64,000 nucleotides of DNA from an uncultured cyanobacterium (GTDB taxonomy: Bacteria; Cyanobacteriota; Cyanobacteriia; Cyanobacteriales; Cyanobacteriaceae): assembly GCA_963710605.1 (NCBI GenBank), contig CAVQBA010000006.1:576001-640000 (forward strand), read 5' to 3'. Shown one piece after another: positions 11,230 through 22,792 of the stretch; the stretch's first letter is position 1; each line of letters starts with the position of its first letter. The translations under genes were made by a program, and so were the position numbers. Under the pieces are notes generated by a model. The model did not search any database and had not been told where the DNA came from. It saw only the letters and a program-made list of their open reading frames with translations.

Positions 11230-11336
11230 CACTCATGTAAAGGTAACACTCTTAGATGATAGAGCTTTCTTTCTTATATCATGTTTTAATCAACTCGTTC
11301 TGTGGTATTAAAAAAATCAAACAAGCTAATGAAGAC

Positions 11337-11364
11337 TCTCCGACTCAGGAATAAAAGTCGGAGT
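11337..11364. terminator. Stem-loop between convergent genes
   Basis: ctccgact...agtcggag. Confidence 0.5.
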
Positions 11365-11380
11365 TGATTGAGTTATTTGA

Positions 11381-11950
11381 TCAAAGTCTTGATAATAACT
11401 CTTTTTTCTTAGCCTCAAATTCTTCTTGTGATAAGATACCTTGAGCTTTTAATTTACCTAACTTCTCTAAAGCTTGATAAACGTCTGCCGCATCATCTTC
11501 TTGTTCGTCTAAATCAGAGACGTAACTTTTACCTCTTTCATAAGCCTCTTGATAAGCTTGTTTAACACTCTCCATATTCATATCTAAATCTAATAATGCA
11601 CCGCCATTAGTGGAAAATAGATTAATAGCTACTTGCCCTACTGCATAAGTAGAAGCACCTGACATGACAGACATAGAAGCACCACCTAAAGCTGTACCTA
11701 TACCAGGGATTGCTTTGAGCATACTGGCACCGATACGGGCAATAGTTGTACCTGTAAGGGCAGAAACAAAGGTTTTTCCTATATTTTGAGTGTAGGTAAC
11801 TTGATAAAGAGTGGCTAATTGTTGTAACATTTCTAATTGAATTGCGGTAACCGCAGCAAAGTCAACCAGAGGAATGGGGATTAATCCTCCTCCCATTGCC
11901 CAAAGCACGTGTGAACGAATAATTTTTTCAGCTTCTAATTTTTTACTCAT
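11381..11950 (-). CDS. DUF697/YcjF-like protein with C-terminal SHOCT domain
   Basis: IPIPLVDFAAVTAIQLEML, KAIPGIGT; LEKLGKLKAQGILSQEEFEAKKKELL. Confidence 0.75.
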   Translation of the reverse strand: MSKKLEAEKIIRSHVLWAMGGGLIPIPLVDFAAVTAIQLEMLQQLATLYQVTYTQNIGKTFVSALTGTTIARIGASMLKAIPGIGTALGGASMSVMSGASTYAVGQVAINLFSTNGGALLDLDMNMESVKQAYQEAYERGKSYVSDLDEQEDDAADVYQALEKLGKLKAQGILSQEEFEAKKKELLSRL

Positions 11951-12069
11951 TATTTTATCTTTTTCACTTGTACAGAATACTTTTTTTAATTATATGTATC
12001 AAAAATAAACTTCATACTATATATTTGTTAAAAATCGTAAACGTTATTTTGGTGATAGTGAAGATTAGA

Positions 12070-12270
12070 TATAGCAATTATTAGTATTATGAATTACATA
12101 TCGATCCCCCTAAATCCCCATCCCACTTGCCACGGGGCTTACAAGCACCTGAAATCAATTCAGGTGACAGCCCCTCCCCTTCGTAAGGGGGAAATTTAAA
12201 GATGCTTCGCTTTTGTTTCTGGGGGACTTACAAATACAAACTGTACCTCATAAAGATGGGAAACGCTATA
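12070..12270 (+). mobile_element. MITE-like element family A (TATAGC...GCTATA) with nested inserts
   Basis: Same ends and core as 14913-15021 and 52943-53049 but ~94 bp longer. Confidence 0.7.
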
Positions 12271-12618
12271 TAAATAATCAAGAAATTTTAATAGTGATTA
12301 GTTATCCTCTTAAAAATATGTATTGATAAATTCATTCGCTTTTCATCACTGATAGTTGATAACGGATAAGTAGCTTAAACTAATAAAAAAAAATTTGTAG
12401 TTACCCCCAATAAAGGTTCAAAACGTTTTTAAGATAATGGCACTTGCCATCACTACAAACAAATACTATTTATCGTTTGATTAAGTGAAGTTGCTTAGCT
12501 AATAGCTTATAACTAAATTTAAAAATAACGAATTATCAACAACAACTTAAATAGTCATTAAAAGCTGACTATAATAAATAATTAGAATCATTTGCTCATT
12601 AGTGAAGTTTAATCTTTA

Positions 12619-14294
12619 ATGTCCAACGCTACCATCTACGGAAATTTAAAAGGTCTTAAGCCCAGTCAACTTAAACAATTACGTAAATTATACGAGCAAA
12701 ATGTCCAAAACGATCGTTTAACGACGGCAGATTTAGCCCAAAGAATAGCCATAATCAGTACCGAACTTAAAAAGCCTGTCAGCATCTATTTAAATCGTCG
12801 TGGTCAAGTGATTAGAGTCGGTGTCGGTACTCCTAGCCAAACACAGATTCCTCCTTTAGAATTACCTCGTTATGGTGCAAAACGCTTATCAGGGATTCGT
12901 TGTTTAGCAACTAATTTAAAAGGTAATCCACCTAGTGAAGCTAGTTTGACAGCGATGGTAAAACAAAGATTAGACGCTTTAATCATGTTTACCTTAACAG
13001 GTCAAGGTGTGATGCGTAAAGGCGGTGGTGCAAGCGGTTTTGTGCAGTCTGGATATTTAGCTAATTTATCACCGATACAAGATAGTCAAGAATATTGGCA
13101 AGTATCTCCAGCCCAAGAATTAGATGATATTGCAGAACAAGACTTTTTAGATTTAGTTAATAGTTTAGAAGCCGAATTTAGCCGAGAATATATCGCCCAA
13201 GAAGTCGGTGATGATCAAGAAAGAGTATTGTTAGTTGGTTTGATTGTTGATGGCATCGATGAAAAACAATTTGCTCAAACTTTACAGGAGTTAAATTTAT
13301 TGGTTGATAGTGCAGGAGGAAAAGTATTGGGTACATTAGAACAAAAACGCCCTCGCCCTCATCCACAAACTTTAGTTGGTGCTGGTAAAGTAGAAGAAAT
13401 TGCTCTACAGGTACAAACTTTAGGGGTTTCTCTTGTTGTTTTCGATCGAGAGTTGTCTCCTGCTCAAGTACGTAATTTAGAAACACAATTGGGGGTAAAA
13501 GTAGTCGATCGAACTGAGGTAATATTAGATATATTCGCTCAAAGGGCTCAATCTAGAGCTGGTAAATTACAAGTTGAATTAGCTCAACTAGAGTATCTGT
13601 TACCTCGCTTAACAGGTAGAGGGGCGGCAATGTCTCGTTTAGGTGGTGGTATCGGTACAAGGGGCCGGGGGAAACTAAGCTAGAAACCGAAAGAAGGGCG
13701 ATTCAGAAAAGAATTACTCGCTTACAACAAGAAGTAAATCAGTTACAATCTCATCGCTCTCGACTAAGACATCAACGTCAAAAACAAGAAATACCAACAG
13801 TAGCGATCGTCGGTTATACTAATGCTGGTAAATCAACATTGATCAATACTTTAACTAACGCTGAAGTTTATACAGCGAATCAACTTTTTGCTACTTTAGA
13901 TCCTACCACTCGCCGACTCTCGATTACAAATCAGGAAACAGGGGAATTTCGTACCCTTTTATTAACTGATACTGTGGGTTTTATTCATGAATTACCACCT
14001 CAGTTAGTCGATGCTTTTCGGGCAACTTTAGAAGAAGTAAGCGAAGCTGATGCTTTGTTACACGTGGTTGATTTATCTAATTCTTCATGGGAAAACCAAA
14101 TCAAATCGGTAAAAACTATTTTGGCAGATATGCCATTAGCACCAAATCAAGAATTAATTGTCTTTAATAAAATTGATGTTGCTGAAAGTGAAAATTTAGA
14201 AACTGCTAAAAATGAATATTCTCAAGCTATTTTTATTTCTGCTAGCGAACGTTTGGGTTTAGAGAATCTTCGTAGTCGTTTGATTAGTTGTTAA
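12619..14294 (+). CDS. hflX: GTPase HflX, split by a 1-nt deletion in a G/C run at ~13661-13671 (likely sequencing error)
   Basis: VVDRTEVILDIFAQRA, SRLGGGIGTRG|PGETKLE..., VGYTNAGKST, LFATLDPTTR, DTVGFI, NKID across two frames. Confidence 0.92.
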
Positions 14295-14379
14295 ATCGAT
14301 CGTTTTTGTAGTTAAAACTTTCAACAATTTAAAATCTATATAGAGGCATTTAGGTTAAATTTTTCGCCAAAAAACATTA

Positions 14380-14548
14380 GTAGGTTGGGTAGAAGAATGA
14401 AACCCAACACCAAAAAATTCTAATCAGCCTAAAGTTGTTTCAATAAATTTATCATCACGGTAGTTACGGTTTAAAAATTTTCATTTTAGTTAAAACTCGA
14501 TCGAAATGATGATAATTGTTGGGTTGCACTCTGTTTAACCCAACCTAC
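14380..14548. repeat. Inverted pair of GTAG-type REPs (REPIN-like)
   Basis: gtaggttgggt...aacccaaca (14380-14409) and tgttgggtt...aacccaacctac (14517-14548). Confidence 0.75.
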
Positions 14549-14592
14549 ATTTTTTATCAACCACTTTAATTAAGCTTTTATTATTTTTGAAG

Positions 14593-14880
14593 TTAAAAAT
14601 ATCCTAAGTCAACTGGAAATTTTATAGATTTGCCTTGATAAAAATCACTAAGTAATCGATTAAAAACTTTCATCTGCCTCAAATTTTCCATTAATAATTG
14701 TACTAATTTATTGGGAGTAAAGTCTTGAGGCTCTCTATGGAATGGAAAAGCGATTATACCATCTTGATTATAGACATCAATTTGGTAATTTTCTATAATG
14801 TCATTCACAGATACAAATAAATAAAGTTTAGTATTTGTTTTGTCACGTTCAATATTAGTGATGACTATTCGTTTTTTCAC
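14593..14880 (-). CDS. Hypothetical protein
   Basis: 95-aa ORF between two repeat elements; no recognised motif. Confidence 0.5.
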   Translation of the reverse strand: MKKRIVITNIERDKTNTKLYLFVSVNDIIENYQIDVYNQDGIIAFPFHREPQDFTPNKLVQLLMENLRQMKVFNRLLSDFYQGKSIKFPVDLGYF

Positions 14881-14912
14881 GATCGTATTTTGATTGATTA
14901 TTGTTTAAATAC

Positions 14913-15021
14913 TATAGCCTTTCCCATGTTTACGAGGTAGAATAAAAAATGGTAAGTCCCCCTTACTAAGGGGGATTTAGGGGGATCGAGAATGTACTTG
15001 ATAATGGTTAAAATTGCTATA
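14913..15021 (-). mobile_element. MITE-like element family A
   Basis: TATAGC/GCTATA ends; internal cccccttactaaggggg hairpin. Confidence 0.7.
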
Positions 15022-15063
15022 TCGTTTCCATTCTATATCCTAACTATCAACTATCAACTATTA

Positions 15064-16665
15064 TTAATACGCTTGAAGCTCATCAAATAAAGGCACTTCG
15101 GTTAAATTATCTCCTTGATAAATGATAAAAGTTTCTACAGTTTCTCCAGAGCGAACGATCGGTATCGTAGTAACATATTGCCAATCGGTAAAATAAGGGC
15201 TATAGTCATGATCAGAATATTGATCTTGAGCAAAAGTTGCTGAGGTAATATAAATCCCTCGTTTACCAATTAATTTATCCATCGGATACCAATACAAAAA
15301 ACCACGACTATCATAACCAAAACAAGTAATCGGTATTTGAGAAATCGGGGCAAGTGCCATCCCTATATATCCACCCAAAAAATATTGATTAGTAAAAATA
15401 AAATCTGCATCCTTTAACGCCTCAATAAATTCAGGTGAAGATTCTAATCGATTTCTCAACTGCCTCACATCAATCAATTCTGTAGAAGGATCATTTTTAG
15501 GATTAATTATGCCTGAAAAGAACAAATTTTGATTCGGTTTTTGCAGTATAGCTAAATTCAAATGTAAAAGAACTATCAGTATAGTTGTATTGATAATTAA
15601 ACCAGATAACAAAAACCAACGTTGAATAAATTTTGGCGATAAATGAGCTTTGTCAATATAATTACCTAAGATTAAACTCAAACCCCAAAACCCCGGCATT
15701 GCCCAAGTTGGTAAAATTTGAGCCACTGCACCTAAAAGAGTAAAACCAACAGTTAAAGGTAAAGATAGCCAGAGAATTAGACGATAACGATAATTGGGTT
15801 TATTAACTATTTCTCGCCAAAGACTTTTACCACTTATCCACCACAAAGGAAAACCAAAACTAGGAAACAAATAACTACTGCCGACTAAGGCGACGATGAT
15901 AATTTGTAAAGGATTAATAGACAAACTTTTTTCTTCAGGAGACTGAAAACGCCCTGATAACTGAAAAGTAAATGAAATCCATTCATGTTGCGAATTCCAA
16001 TACAAAAGCGGGAAAAGAGTAATGATAAAAGCAATTACACTCCAAAATAACCAATGAGAAGTAAAGACACGACGATAAGGCTGATTAAATAAACAAAAGC
16101 CAATTAATCCTAACCCCAAAATAAAACCGTGATATTTACTCAAACAAGCTAAACCAACACCAATACAGATAAAAATAAGGCGATAACTAGGTTCGTATTT
16201 TTGCTCAGGTAAATCAATAAAAAACTCATCAACGGCAAACCATAAAGTTAATGTCCAAAAAAAAATTAACGGTACATCTGGTAAGGTAAGCACTCCAAAA
16301 GCAACTGAAAAGATAGGGATTAGAGAGCAAATAATTAAGGTAAATAAGGCACTTCGATGATTAAATAATTTTTTGCCTGTAAGGTAAAGTAAATAAAGAC
16401 TTAAAGTGAATAATATTAAAGTACCTATCCTGATGGTAAATTGATTAACGATACCTGTTATCCAAACACCAAAACCCGTAGTAAGAGAAACCATTAAAGG
16501 ATGATCGAAATAACTCCAATCTAAATTTTGGCTATAAAGATAATAATAAGCTTCGTCATATCCTGGATATAAATTGAGAGCGATTAAAATTCGGATAATT
16601 AGTCCAACTAAAAGAGTTATAATTACCGAGTGTGGTGAATCCAGCCAGTTTTGTTTGAAAATCAT
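15064..16665 (-). CDS. GT39/ArnT-like (PMT_2) membrane glycosyltransferase
   Basis: DEAYYYLYS..LDWSYFDHP, PDVPL, LSKY; many TM helices. Confidence 0.85.
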   Translation of the reverse strand: MIFKQNWLDSPHSVIITLLVGLIIRILIALNLYPGYDEAYYYLYSQNLDWSYFDHPLMVSLTTGFGVWITGIVNQFTIRIGTLILFTLSLYLLYLTGKKLFNHRSALFTLIICSLIPIFSVAFGVLTLPDVPLIFFWTLTLWFAVDEFFIDLPEQKYEPSYRLIFICIGVGLACLSKYHGFILGLGLIGFCLFNQPYRRVFTSHWLFWSVIAFIITLFPLLYWNSQHEWISFTFQLSGRFQSPEEKSLSINPLQIIIVALVGSSYLFPSFGFPLWWISGKSLWREIVNKPNYRYRLILWLSLPLTVGFTLLGAVAQILPTWAMPGFWGLSLILGNYIDKAHLSPKFIQRWFLLSGLIINTTILIVLLHLNLAILQKPNQNLFFSGIINPKNDPSTELIDVRQLRNRLESSPEFIEALKDADFIFTNQYFLGGYIGMALAPISQIPITCFGYDSRGFLYWYPMDKLIGKRGIYITSATFAQDQYSDHDYSPYFTDWQYVTTIPIVRSGETVETFIIYQGDNLTEVPLFDELQAY

Positions 16666-16900
16666 TAATTATTAACTAAATCAGGCTAATATATAGCAAT
16701 TGGCAATTGACGATCGACGGTTGACAATAAATTCGATGGTAATTTAGTCTTCTGTGAGTAAAAGCCAAAAATAATTATAGCAACTAATTATGGTTTTTTT
16801 AAGTCTATCTAAATTGATAAATGCTTTATTTTTTGCGACAATTATTGTATTAGTTAGGTAGTTTTTATTATTGGTAAGTTAATCTATTATTTTAAATCGA

Positions 16901-18034
16901 ATGCGTTTTTTTAAACTATCTATCTTCGATATTTATTTAATCAAAGAGTTAGTCCCAATCTTTATTTTTAGTGTTGCTATTTTTTCGAGTTTGGGAGTTT
17001 CGATTGCTACTTTATCAGATTTAAGTTACAAAATAACCAATTCTAACTTACCTTTTATTTATGCTCTTGAAATATTTCTGTTGAAAATTCCCGAATACAT
17101 TGCTTATGCTTTACCTATTTCGGTTTTATTAACTACTTTAATCACTTATAGTCGTTTGAGTAAAGATAGCGAATTAATTGCTTTTCGTAGTTGTGGTTTA
17201 AGTCTTAAAAGAATAATTATTCCTGCCTTGTTTTTAAGCATCTTAGTGATGATAATCACTTTTCTTTTTAATGAGCAAATCGTACCTCGGACTAATTATC
17301 AGGCGACTAAAATATTAGTAGCACAGATCAAAGAAGAAAGAACTTTCATGCTCAAAAGTGATATTTTTTATCCTGAATATGTCGAAATAAAAGAGGACAA
17401 TGGGCAAAATGTCAAGCAATTGAAAAGATTATTTTATGCTCAAGAATTTGATGGCTCAAATATGCAGTCTCTGACAATTTTAGATACTAAAAAATCAGGA
17501 TTAAACAAAGTAATTATCTCTGAAAAAGGTTCGTGGAATAACAAAAATAAAGTTTGGGATTTATTTAATGGTTTTGTTTATAATATCAGTGACGATCGAC
17601 TTGAGGCTGAGGGTTCGGCTTTTACCAAAATTCAAGTCGCTTTTCCTAAAACACCTTTAGATTTAGCTGTTAATAGTCGTGATCCTTATGAGATGAATAT
17701 AGCACAATCACAAGAGTATATTAAGCTTTTAAAATTACTTGGTGATGAAAAAACTATCTTAATGTTTGAAGTACGCACCGCTCAAAAAATATCTTTTCCT
17801 TTTGTCTGTATCATTTTTGGTTTAATTGGCTCATCTTTTGGTTGTCAACCTAATAATGCGAGTAAAGCAACTAGTTTTGGTTTGTGTGTAGCGATCGTTT
17901 TTGCTTATTATTTAAGTAGCTTTATTGTTGGTGGCTTTGGTTTAATCGGTGTAATCTCTCCTTGGATGGCGGCATGGATTCCTAATTTAGCTGGTTTGGT
18001 TATCAGTGGATATTTACTTAGTAAACCCGAATAA
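16901..18034 (+). CDS. LptF/LptG family LPS export permease
   Basis: LPISVLLTTLITYSRLSKDSELIAFRSCGLS; AAWIPNL. Confidence 0.9.
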   Translation: MRFFKLSIFDIYLIKELVPIFIFSVAIFSSLGVSIATLSDLSYKITNSNLPFIYALEIFLLKIPEYIAYALPISVLLTTLITYSRLSKDSELIAFRSCGLSLKRIIIPALFLSILVMIITFLFNEQIVPRTNYQATKILVAQIKEERTFMLKSDIFYPEYVEIKEDNGQNVKQLKRLFYAQEFDGSNMQSLTILDTKKSGLNKVIISEKGSWNNKNKVWDLFNGFVYNISDDRLEAEGSAFTKIQVAFPKTPLDLAVNSRDPYEMNIAQSQEYIKLLKLLGDEKTILMFEVRTAQKISFPFVCIIFGLIGSSFGCQPNNASKATSFGLCVAIVFAYYLSSFIVGGFGLIGVISPWMAAWIPNLAGLVISGYLLSKPE

Positions 18035-18128
18035 GGCTGTGAGTGAAGACACCTCGATATCGAAAATGACCAGTTAATTTTGTCGTTATAACCTATACTT
18101 TTTTTATTAATTAAATTCGATTACTAAC

Positions 18129-19040
18129 ATGATTAAAAAAACTTTACAGTTAAATGTTTTAGAAAACCCAGTTAGCTTAATTTTTGCTAGACATGAAACT
18201 TTTCATCCTCGTTGGGGATGGTTAAAAAAAGGTTTTGAAATGAGTAGTGTAGATTCTCATATATTTTTAGCTGACAACGCTCCAGTAAAATTGGGTGTAG
18301 GCAAAAATATGGTACGATTGCTCCGTTATTGGTGTCAGGCGTTTAAAATTACTAATAATGATGATACTCCCACTGAGTTTTCTAATAATTTACTAGGTGA
18401 TAATGGTTGGGATACTTATTTAGAAAATCCTGCTTCTTTATGGTTGTTACATTGGAATTTGCTTAAGCCTACTTGTACGGCTACTTCGTGGTATTACACA
18501 TTTAATCTTTTCAATGAAAATGAATTTAAAAAAGAGGATTTACATCGAGGTTTAGACAACTATCAACAAAAATTAGGTAAAGATGTGGCTCAATCTTCCT
18601 TAGATAAAGATGTAAGTTGCATTTTACGAATGTATGTAGAATCAAATAGTGATAGTCGTAATTTTATTGAGGATTCGATTGATTGTCCTTTTGTTGAGTT
18701 AGGATTAATTTATCAACCGAGTAATTCTAATTATTATTATTTTCAGGTAGGTAAAAAAACCAGTTTACCCGCAGAAATTATTGTCGCAACTTGTTTAGAA
18801 TATGCTAGTTGGGTAAGTGAGAGAGAAACAACTATTAGTGTTGCTAGATTGCTTTATGATAATAATAGCCCTGGTGTAGTTTTTAAATTATCACAAGAGG
18901 CTTTATATGAAGCTATAGAAATTGTTTGTCGCCGCTATCAAAATCTTGATTTAGCTGATACGGCTGGTTTGATTCAGTTGTCTTTTCCCGAAAAACCCGA
19001 ACATTTAGCTCAAAAAATTATTACCGATTACTATCAATAA
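18129..19040 (+). CDS. sspB: DUF4007 protein, SspB-like nickase
   Basis: FARHETFHPRWGWLKKG, LGVGKNMV..LRYW, D.YLENPASLWLLHW, DCPFVELGLI; operon context. Confidence 0.85.
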   Translation: MIKKTLQLNVLENPVSLIFARHETFHPRWGWLKKGFEMSSVDSHIFLADNAPVKLGVGKNMVRLLRYWCQAFKITNNDDTPTEFSNNLLGDNGWDTYLENPASLWLLHWNLLKPTCTATSWYYTFNLFNENEFKKEDLHRGLDNYQQKLGKDVAQSSLDKDVSCILRMYVESNSDSRNFIEDSIDCPFVELGLIYQPSNSNYYYFQVGKKTSLPAEIIVATCLEYASWVSERETTISVARLLYDNNSPGVVFKLSQEALYEAIEIVCRRYQNLDLADTAGLIQLSFPEKPEHLAQKIITDYYQ

Positions 19041-19148
19041 CTAGGAATGAGTAATGATAATTGATAATTGATAATTGATAACTAAGAATTTAACTCTTGC
19101 ATTTTGCCTCTTGCCCCTTTGCCCTTTTAACTTTCAGTTTATTTGTTT

Positions 19149-22100
19149 ATGACTAATTTTCAATTATCTCATTATTTTAGTTTAGATAGACGTTACAATA
19201 GATCGATTAATTTAGAAAGAGATATAGATGATTTATCAGCTTTAGATGGTTATATTTTAACTGATAAAGCGATCGATGTTTTAGGTAGAATTAGTAAAGG
19301 ATTGACAGAAGAAAATCAAAATAACTGTTGGACTTTAACAGGAGTATATGGTACGGGAAAATCAGCTTTTACACATTACTTGGTTTCTTTATTAGCACCA
19401 CAACAAAGCGATTTGAAGCAAGAAGCTGTTGCTATTACTAACAAGACTTTTTCTGCCGATATTTCTGAGGATAATTCATATAATAAACTGATTCATACAC
19501 TATCACAAAGAAATCTATTTAGAGCAGTTGTAGTCGGACAAAGAGAGCCGATTACTTATACAATTATTAGAGCTTTAATTAACGGTTATAATTATTTTTG
19601 GCAAGAAGATAAAAATCATAAAAAAAATAAATTATTTAAGCAAATTAAACAGTTAGAAAAAAAGATAGATAGTCGAGAAAGAATAGAGAATATTCAAGTA
19701 ATTTCTTTAGTTGAAGATATTATAAAACAGACTCAATTAGATCTTATTTTAGTCTTTGATGAATTAGGTAAAAATTTTGAATATGCAGTTTACGATCGAG
19801 GAGCAGAAGATTTATATTTACTACAACAATTAGCTGAATTAAAACTAGTTGATAATCATCGAGTTTATATTTTAGGTATTCTTCACCAAGCTTTTTCTGA
19901 ATATGGGCAAAGATTAGCGAAAGTACAACGTAATGAATGGGAAAAAATTCGGGGAAGATTTGAAGACATTGCTTTTACTCAATCTGCCGAACAAATGATG
20001 CGTTTGATGGGAGAAGCGATTAATAGTCAAAATACCGATGCCATCGCTGTTAGTGTTAATAATCATACTGAAGAATGGTTCGATCGTTTACAAAAGATTT
20101 TATCGATCGAAAGTATTGATAAATCTGTCTTAAAAAGCATTTATCCACTTCATCCAATAACCGCTTTAATTTTACCCACTTTATGTACTCGTTACGCTCA
20201 AAACGATCGTTCTTTATTTACCTTTTTAACATCAAGTGAGCCTTTTTCGTTACGTAATTTTTTAGAAGAAACAGAAATTGTAGGAGATACTTTACCTACT
20301 TTAAAACTCGATCGAGTTTATGATTATTTTATTGAAGCTACAGGGCTGAATTTAGCTTCTCGCCCTAACTTACAAAGATGGATTGAAATTCATGATTTGA
20401 TTGCTGATGCTAAAAGGTTAGATGAAGACAGCATAAAAATATTAAAAACGATCGGTATTCTTAATTTAGTCACGATTACAGGAGAAGCAAAAGCAACTCG
20501 TGATTTAGTCACCTCTAGTTTATGCGACTCTCCCGATGAAAATACAATTAATTATTGGCAAGACAAAATTAATACTTTAATTAAACAAGGTTTAATCACT
20601 GAAATCAAAGCCTTAAATGAATTAAGAATCTGGCAAGGATCGGATTTTAATGTCGATCTTCAATTAGAATATTATCTAGATCGAGAACAATCTAGTTTAG
20701 TTACGCTACTAACTCAACTACGTCCTTTAAAACCGATCGTTGCTCAACGTCATAGTTATAAAACAGGTACATTACGTTACTTTGAAAGACATTATCTTGA
20801 TTCATCAGATGATTTGAATCAGCTTCAATGCGACAGTGAAAGTGCCGACGGTTATTTAGCCTATTGGTTAGATGATGAAATACCCTCTTGTTTTCCCACC
20901 CAAACTCGATCGGGATTACCTGTAATAATAATTGCGGTTAGTAATTTATCAACTATACTTTTATGGGCAAGAGAATTTTCTGCCTTAACTCGCTTGAATA
21001 AAGAAGCTAAAGAATTGCAGTCTGATGGAGTTGCCAGAAGAGAAGTTCGTTATCGCCTAGTAGAAACAGAAAAACATTTAAACGAAACCTTAGATAATGC
21101 TTTTGATTTGAATGGTGGTAATAAATCTTGGATTCAGGGAGAATTAGTTAATCTTACTTCGGCTAGTAAATTAAATCTACAATTATCTCGTCTGTGCGAA
21201 CAAGTTTTTTACCAAAGTCCGATTCTTTGGAATGAACTAATCAACCGTCGTAACCTAACATCTCAAGGTACAAAAGCAAGAAGAGAGTTAATCTCTGCCA
21301 TGATTAATAATCAAGAACAAGCTAAACTAGGTTTAACGGGATACGGTCCTGAAGTGACTATGTATTATTCTCTTTTACAAGAAACTCAAATTCATCGTCA
21401 TCAAACCGCTGATTTACAAACAGAAGAAGAAAGTGGATGGAGTTTTTATCCACCAAAAACTGAGAATAAAACTAACCCTAGTATAGAAGGATTATGGAAA
21501 GCGATCGAGGATTTTTGTCTATCTGCTACAGAAAAACCACAAACCTTAGATAAACTGTATCAGCAATTATCCGCACCACCTTTAGGGGTTAAAGAAGGAA
21601 TAATACCCGTACTTTTATGTGCCGTGCTACTCTATCATCGTGATGATGTTGGTATTTATCAAGATGGTACGTTTGTTCCTGTATTAGGGGATCATCATTT
21701 TGAATTATTGGTAAAAAATCCTGAGCGTTACGCAGTTAAGTATTTTGCGATTGAAGGATTGAGAGCAGAAGTTTTTCAAGAATTAGAAGCGATTTTGCGT
21801 AACCCGAAAGTAAAAACAAAGGAAAATATTCGCAATGCTACTTTATTAACTGTAGTGACACCTCTATATCAATTTGTCAAACAGCTACCTCGTTATACTT
21901 TACAAACCGATCGATTGAGTAAGGAAGCAACAAAAGTATTAAAGGCTTTACAAAAAACAATTGAGCCTGATGAATTATTATTTGAAGATTTACCCTCTGC
22001 GTTTAATCTACCATCGATCGGTACAGGAGAAGGTGATGATGGTGTTACGGCAAAAACTTTAAAAACTCAGTTAATCAATGCCTTAAGAGAAATTAACCGT

Positions 22101-22628
22101 GCTTATGAGACTCTTTTAAATGAGTGTCAATCCTTACTGAAAGATGCTTTTGCGGTGAGTATTGAAGAGAAAAAACTCAGAGAAGATTTACAAACAAGGG
22201 CTAATTATTTAACAGATAAATGTGTCGAACCGATTTTAAAGCGTTTTACTCAAGCTGTAGTTGATGAATCTAAAAACGATCGGCAATGGTTAGAATCTTT
22301 AGTGATGATTATAGCTGATAAACCATCCGAATCTTGGACAGATGAAGATTTTAGTATCTTTGAACTCAATTTAGCTGATGTTGCCCGTCGCTTTGAGAAT
22401 TTAGAAGTATTACAAAAAGAAGTTAAAGTCGATAATAACAGTATCTCTGCCCGACGTATTACCGTAACCCGCCCCGATGGTCAAGAAACAAATAGGATGG
22501 TGTGGATAGACAAAGAAAGAGATTCGCAAGCAGAAGAATTAGTTAATGAAATATTACAAAAATTACCAAAAGACCAACAGTTAAGAGAAACAATCCTCGC
22601 TAAACTCACAGAGCGACTTTTCCTGTAG
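19149..22628 (+). CDS. sspC: Large P-loop ATPase, SspC-like
   Basis: RSINLERD, Walker A GVYGTGKS, Walker B LVFDELGK, EWEKIRGRF, YPLHP, AQNDRSLFTFL. Confidence 0.82.
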   Translation: MTNFQLSHYFSLDRRYNRSINLERDIDDLSALDGYILTDKAIDVLGRISKGLTEENQNNCWTLTGVYGTGKSAFTHYLVSLLAPQQSDLKQEAVAITNKTFSADISEDNSYNKLIHTLSQRNLFRAVVVGQREPITYTIIRALINGYNYFWQEDKNHKKNKLFKQIKQLEKKIDSRERIENIQVISLVEDIIKQTQLDLILVFDELGKNFEYAVYDRGAEDLYLLQQLAELKLVDNHRVYILGILHQAFSEYGQRLAKVQRNEWEKIRGRFEDIAFTQSAEQMMRLMGEAINSQNTDAIAVSVNNHTEEWFDRLQKILSIESIDKSVLKSIYPLHPITALILPTLCTRYAQNDRSLFTFLTSSEPFSLRNFLEETEIVGDTLPTLKLDRVYDYFIEATGLNLASRPNLQRWIEIHDLIADAKRLDEDSIKILKTIGILNLVTITGEAKATRDLVTSSLCDSPDENTINYWQDKINTLIKQGLITEIKALNELRIWQGSDFNVDLQLEYYLDREQSSLVTLLTQLRPLKPIVAQRHSYKTGTLRYFERHYLDSSDDLNQLQCDSESADGYLAYWLDDEIPSCFPTQTRSGLPVIIIAVSNLSTILLWAREFSALTRLNKEAKELQSDGVARREVRYRLVETEKHLNETLDNAFDLNGGNKSWIQGELVNLTSASKLNLQLSRLCEQVFYQSPILWNELINRRNLTSQGTKARRELISAMINNQEQAKLGLTGYGPEVTMYYSLLQETQIHRHQTADLQTEEESGWSFYPPKTENKTNPSIEGLWKAIEDFCLSATEKPQTLDKLYQQLSAPPLGVKEGIIPVLLCAVLLYHRDDVGIYQDGTFVPVLGDHHFELLVKNPERYAVKYFAIEGLRAEVFQELEAILRNPKVKTKENIRNATLLTVVTPLYQFVKQLPRYTLQTDRLSKEATKVLKALQKTIEPDELLFEDLPSAFNLPSIGTGEGDDGVTAKTLKTQLINALREINRAYETLLNECQSLLKDAFAVSIEEKKLREDLQTRANYLTDKCVEPILKRFTQAVVDESKNDRQWLESLVMIIADKPSESWTDEDFSIFELNLADVARRFENLEVLQKEVKVDNNSISARRITVTRPDGQETNRMVWIDKERDSQAEELVNEILQKLPKDQQLRETILAKLTERLFL

Positions 22629-22642
22629 GGCGATGCACTGCC
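22625..22642 (+). repeat. 18-bp repeat, left arm of an inverted pair with 28524-28541
   Basis: gtagggcgatgcactgcc. Confidence 0.85.
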
Positions 22643-22792
22643 GAGCAAATAAACTGAGCAAGAAATTCTGTTAGTAAATTAAACAGTCAATACTCACTCT
22701 ACCAAGATTCAAATTATTCTCATAATTAATTTTGCTATGATTAAATTTAGATAAAAACTAATGAATAAAGACTAGATTTTAATCATTATGAT

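Noticed and set aside
12619-14294. Programmed frameshift or pseudogene in hflX
   Set aside because: Single-base loss in a G/C homopolymer context with no other decay
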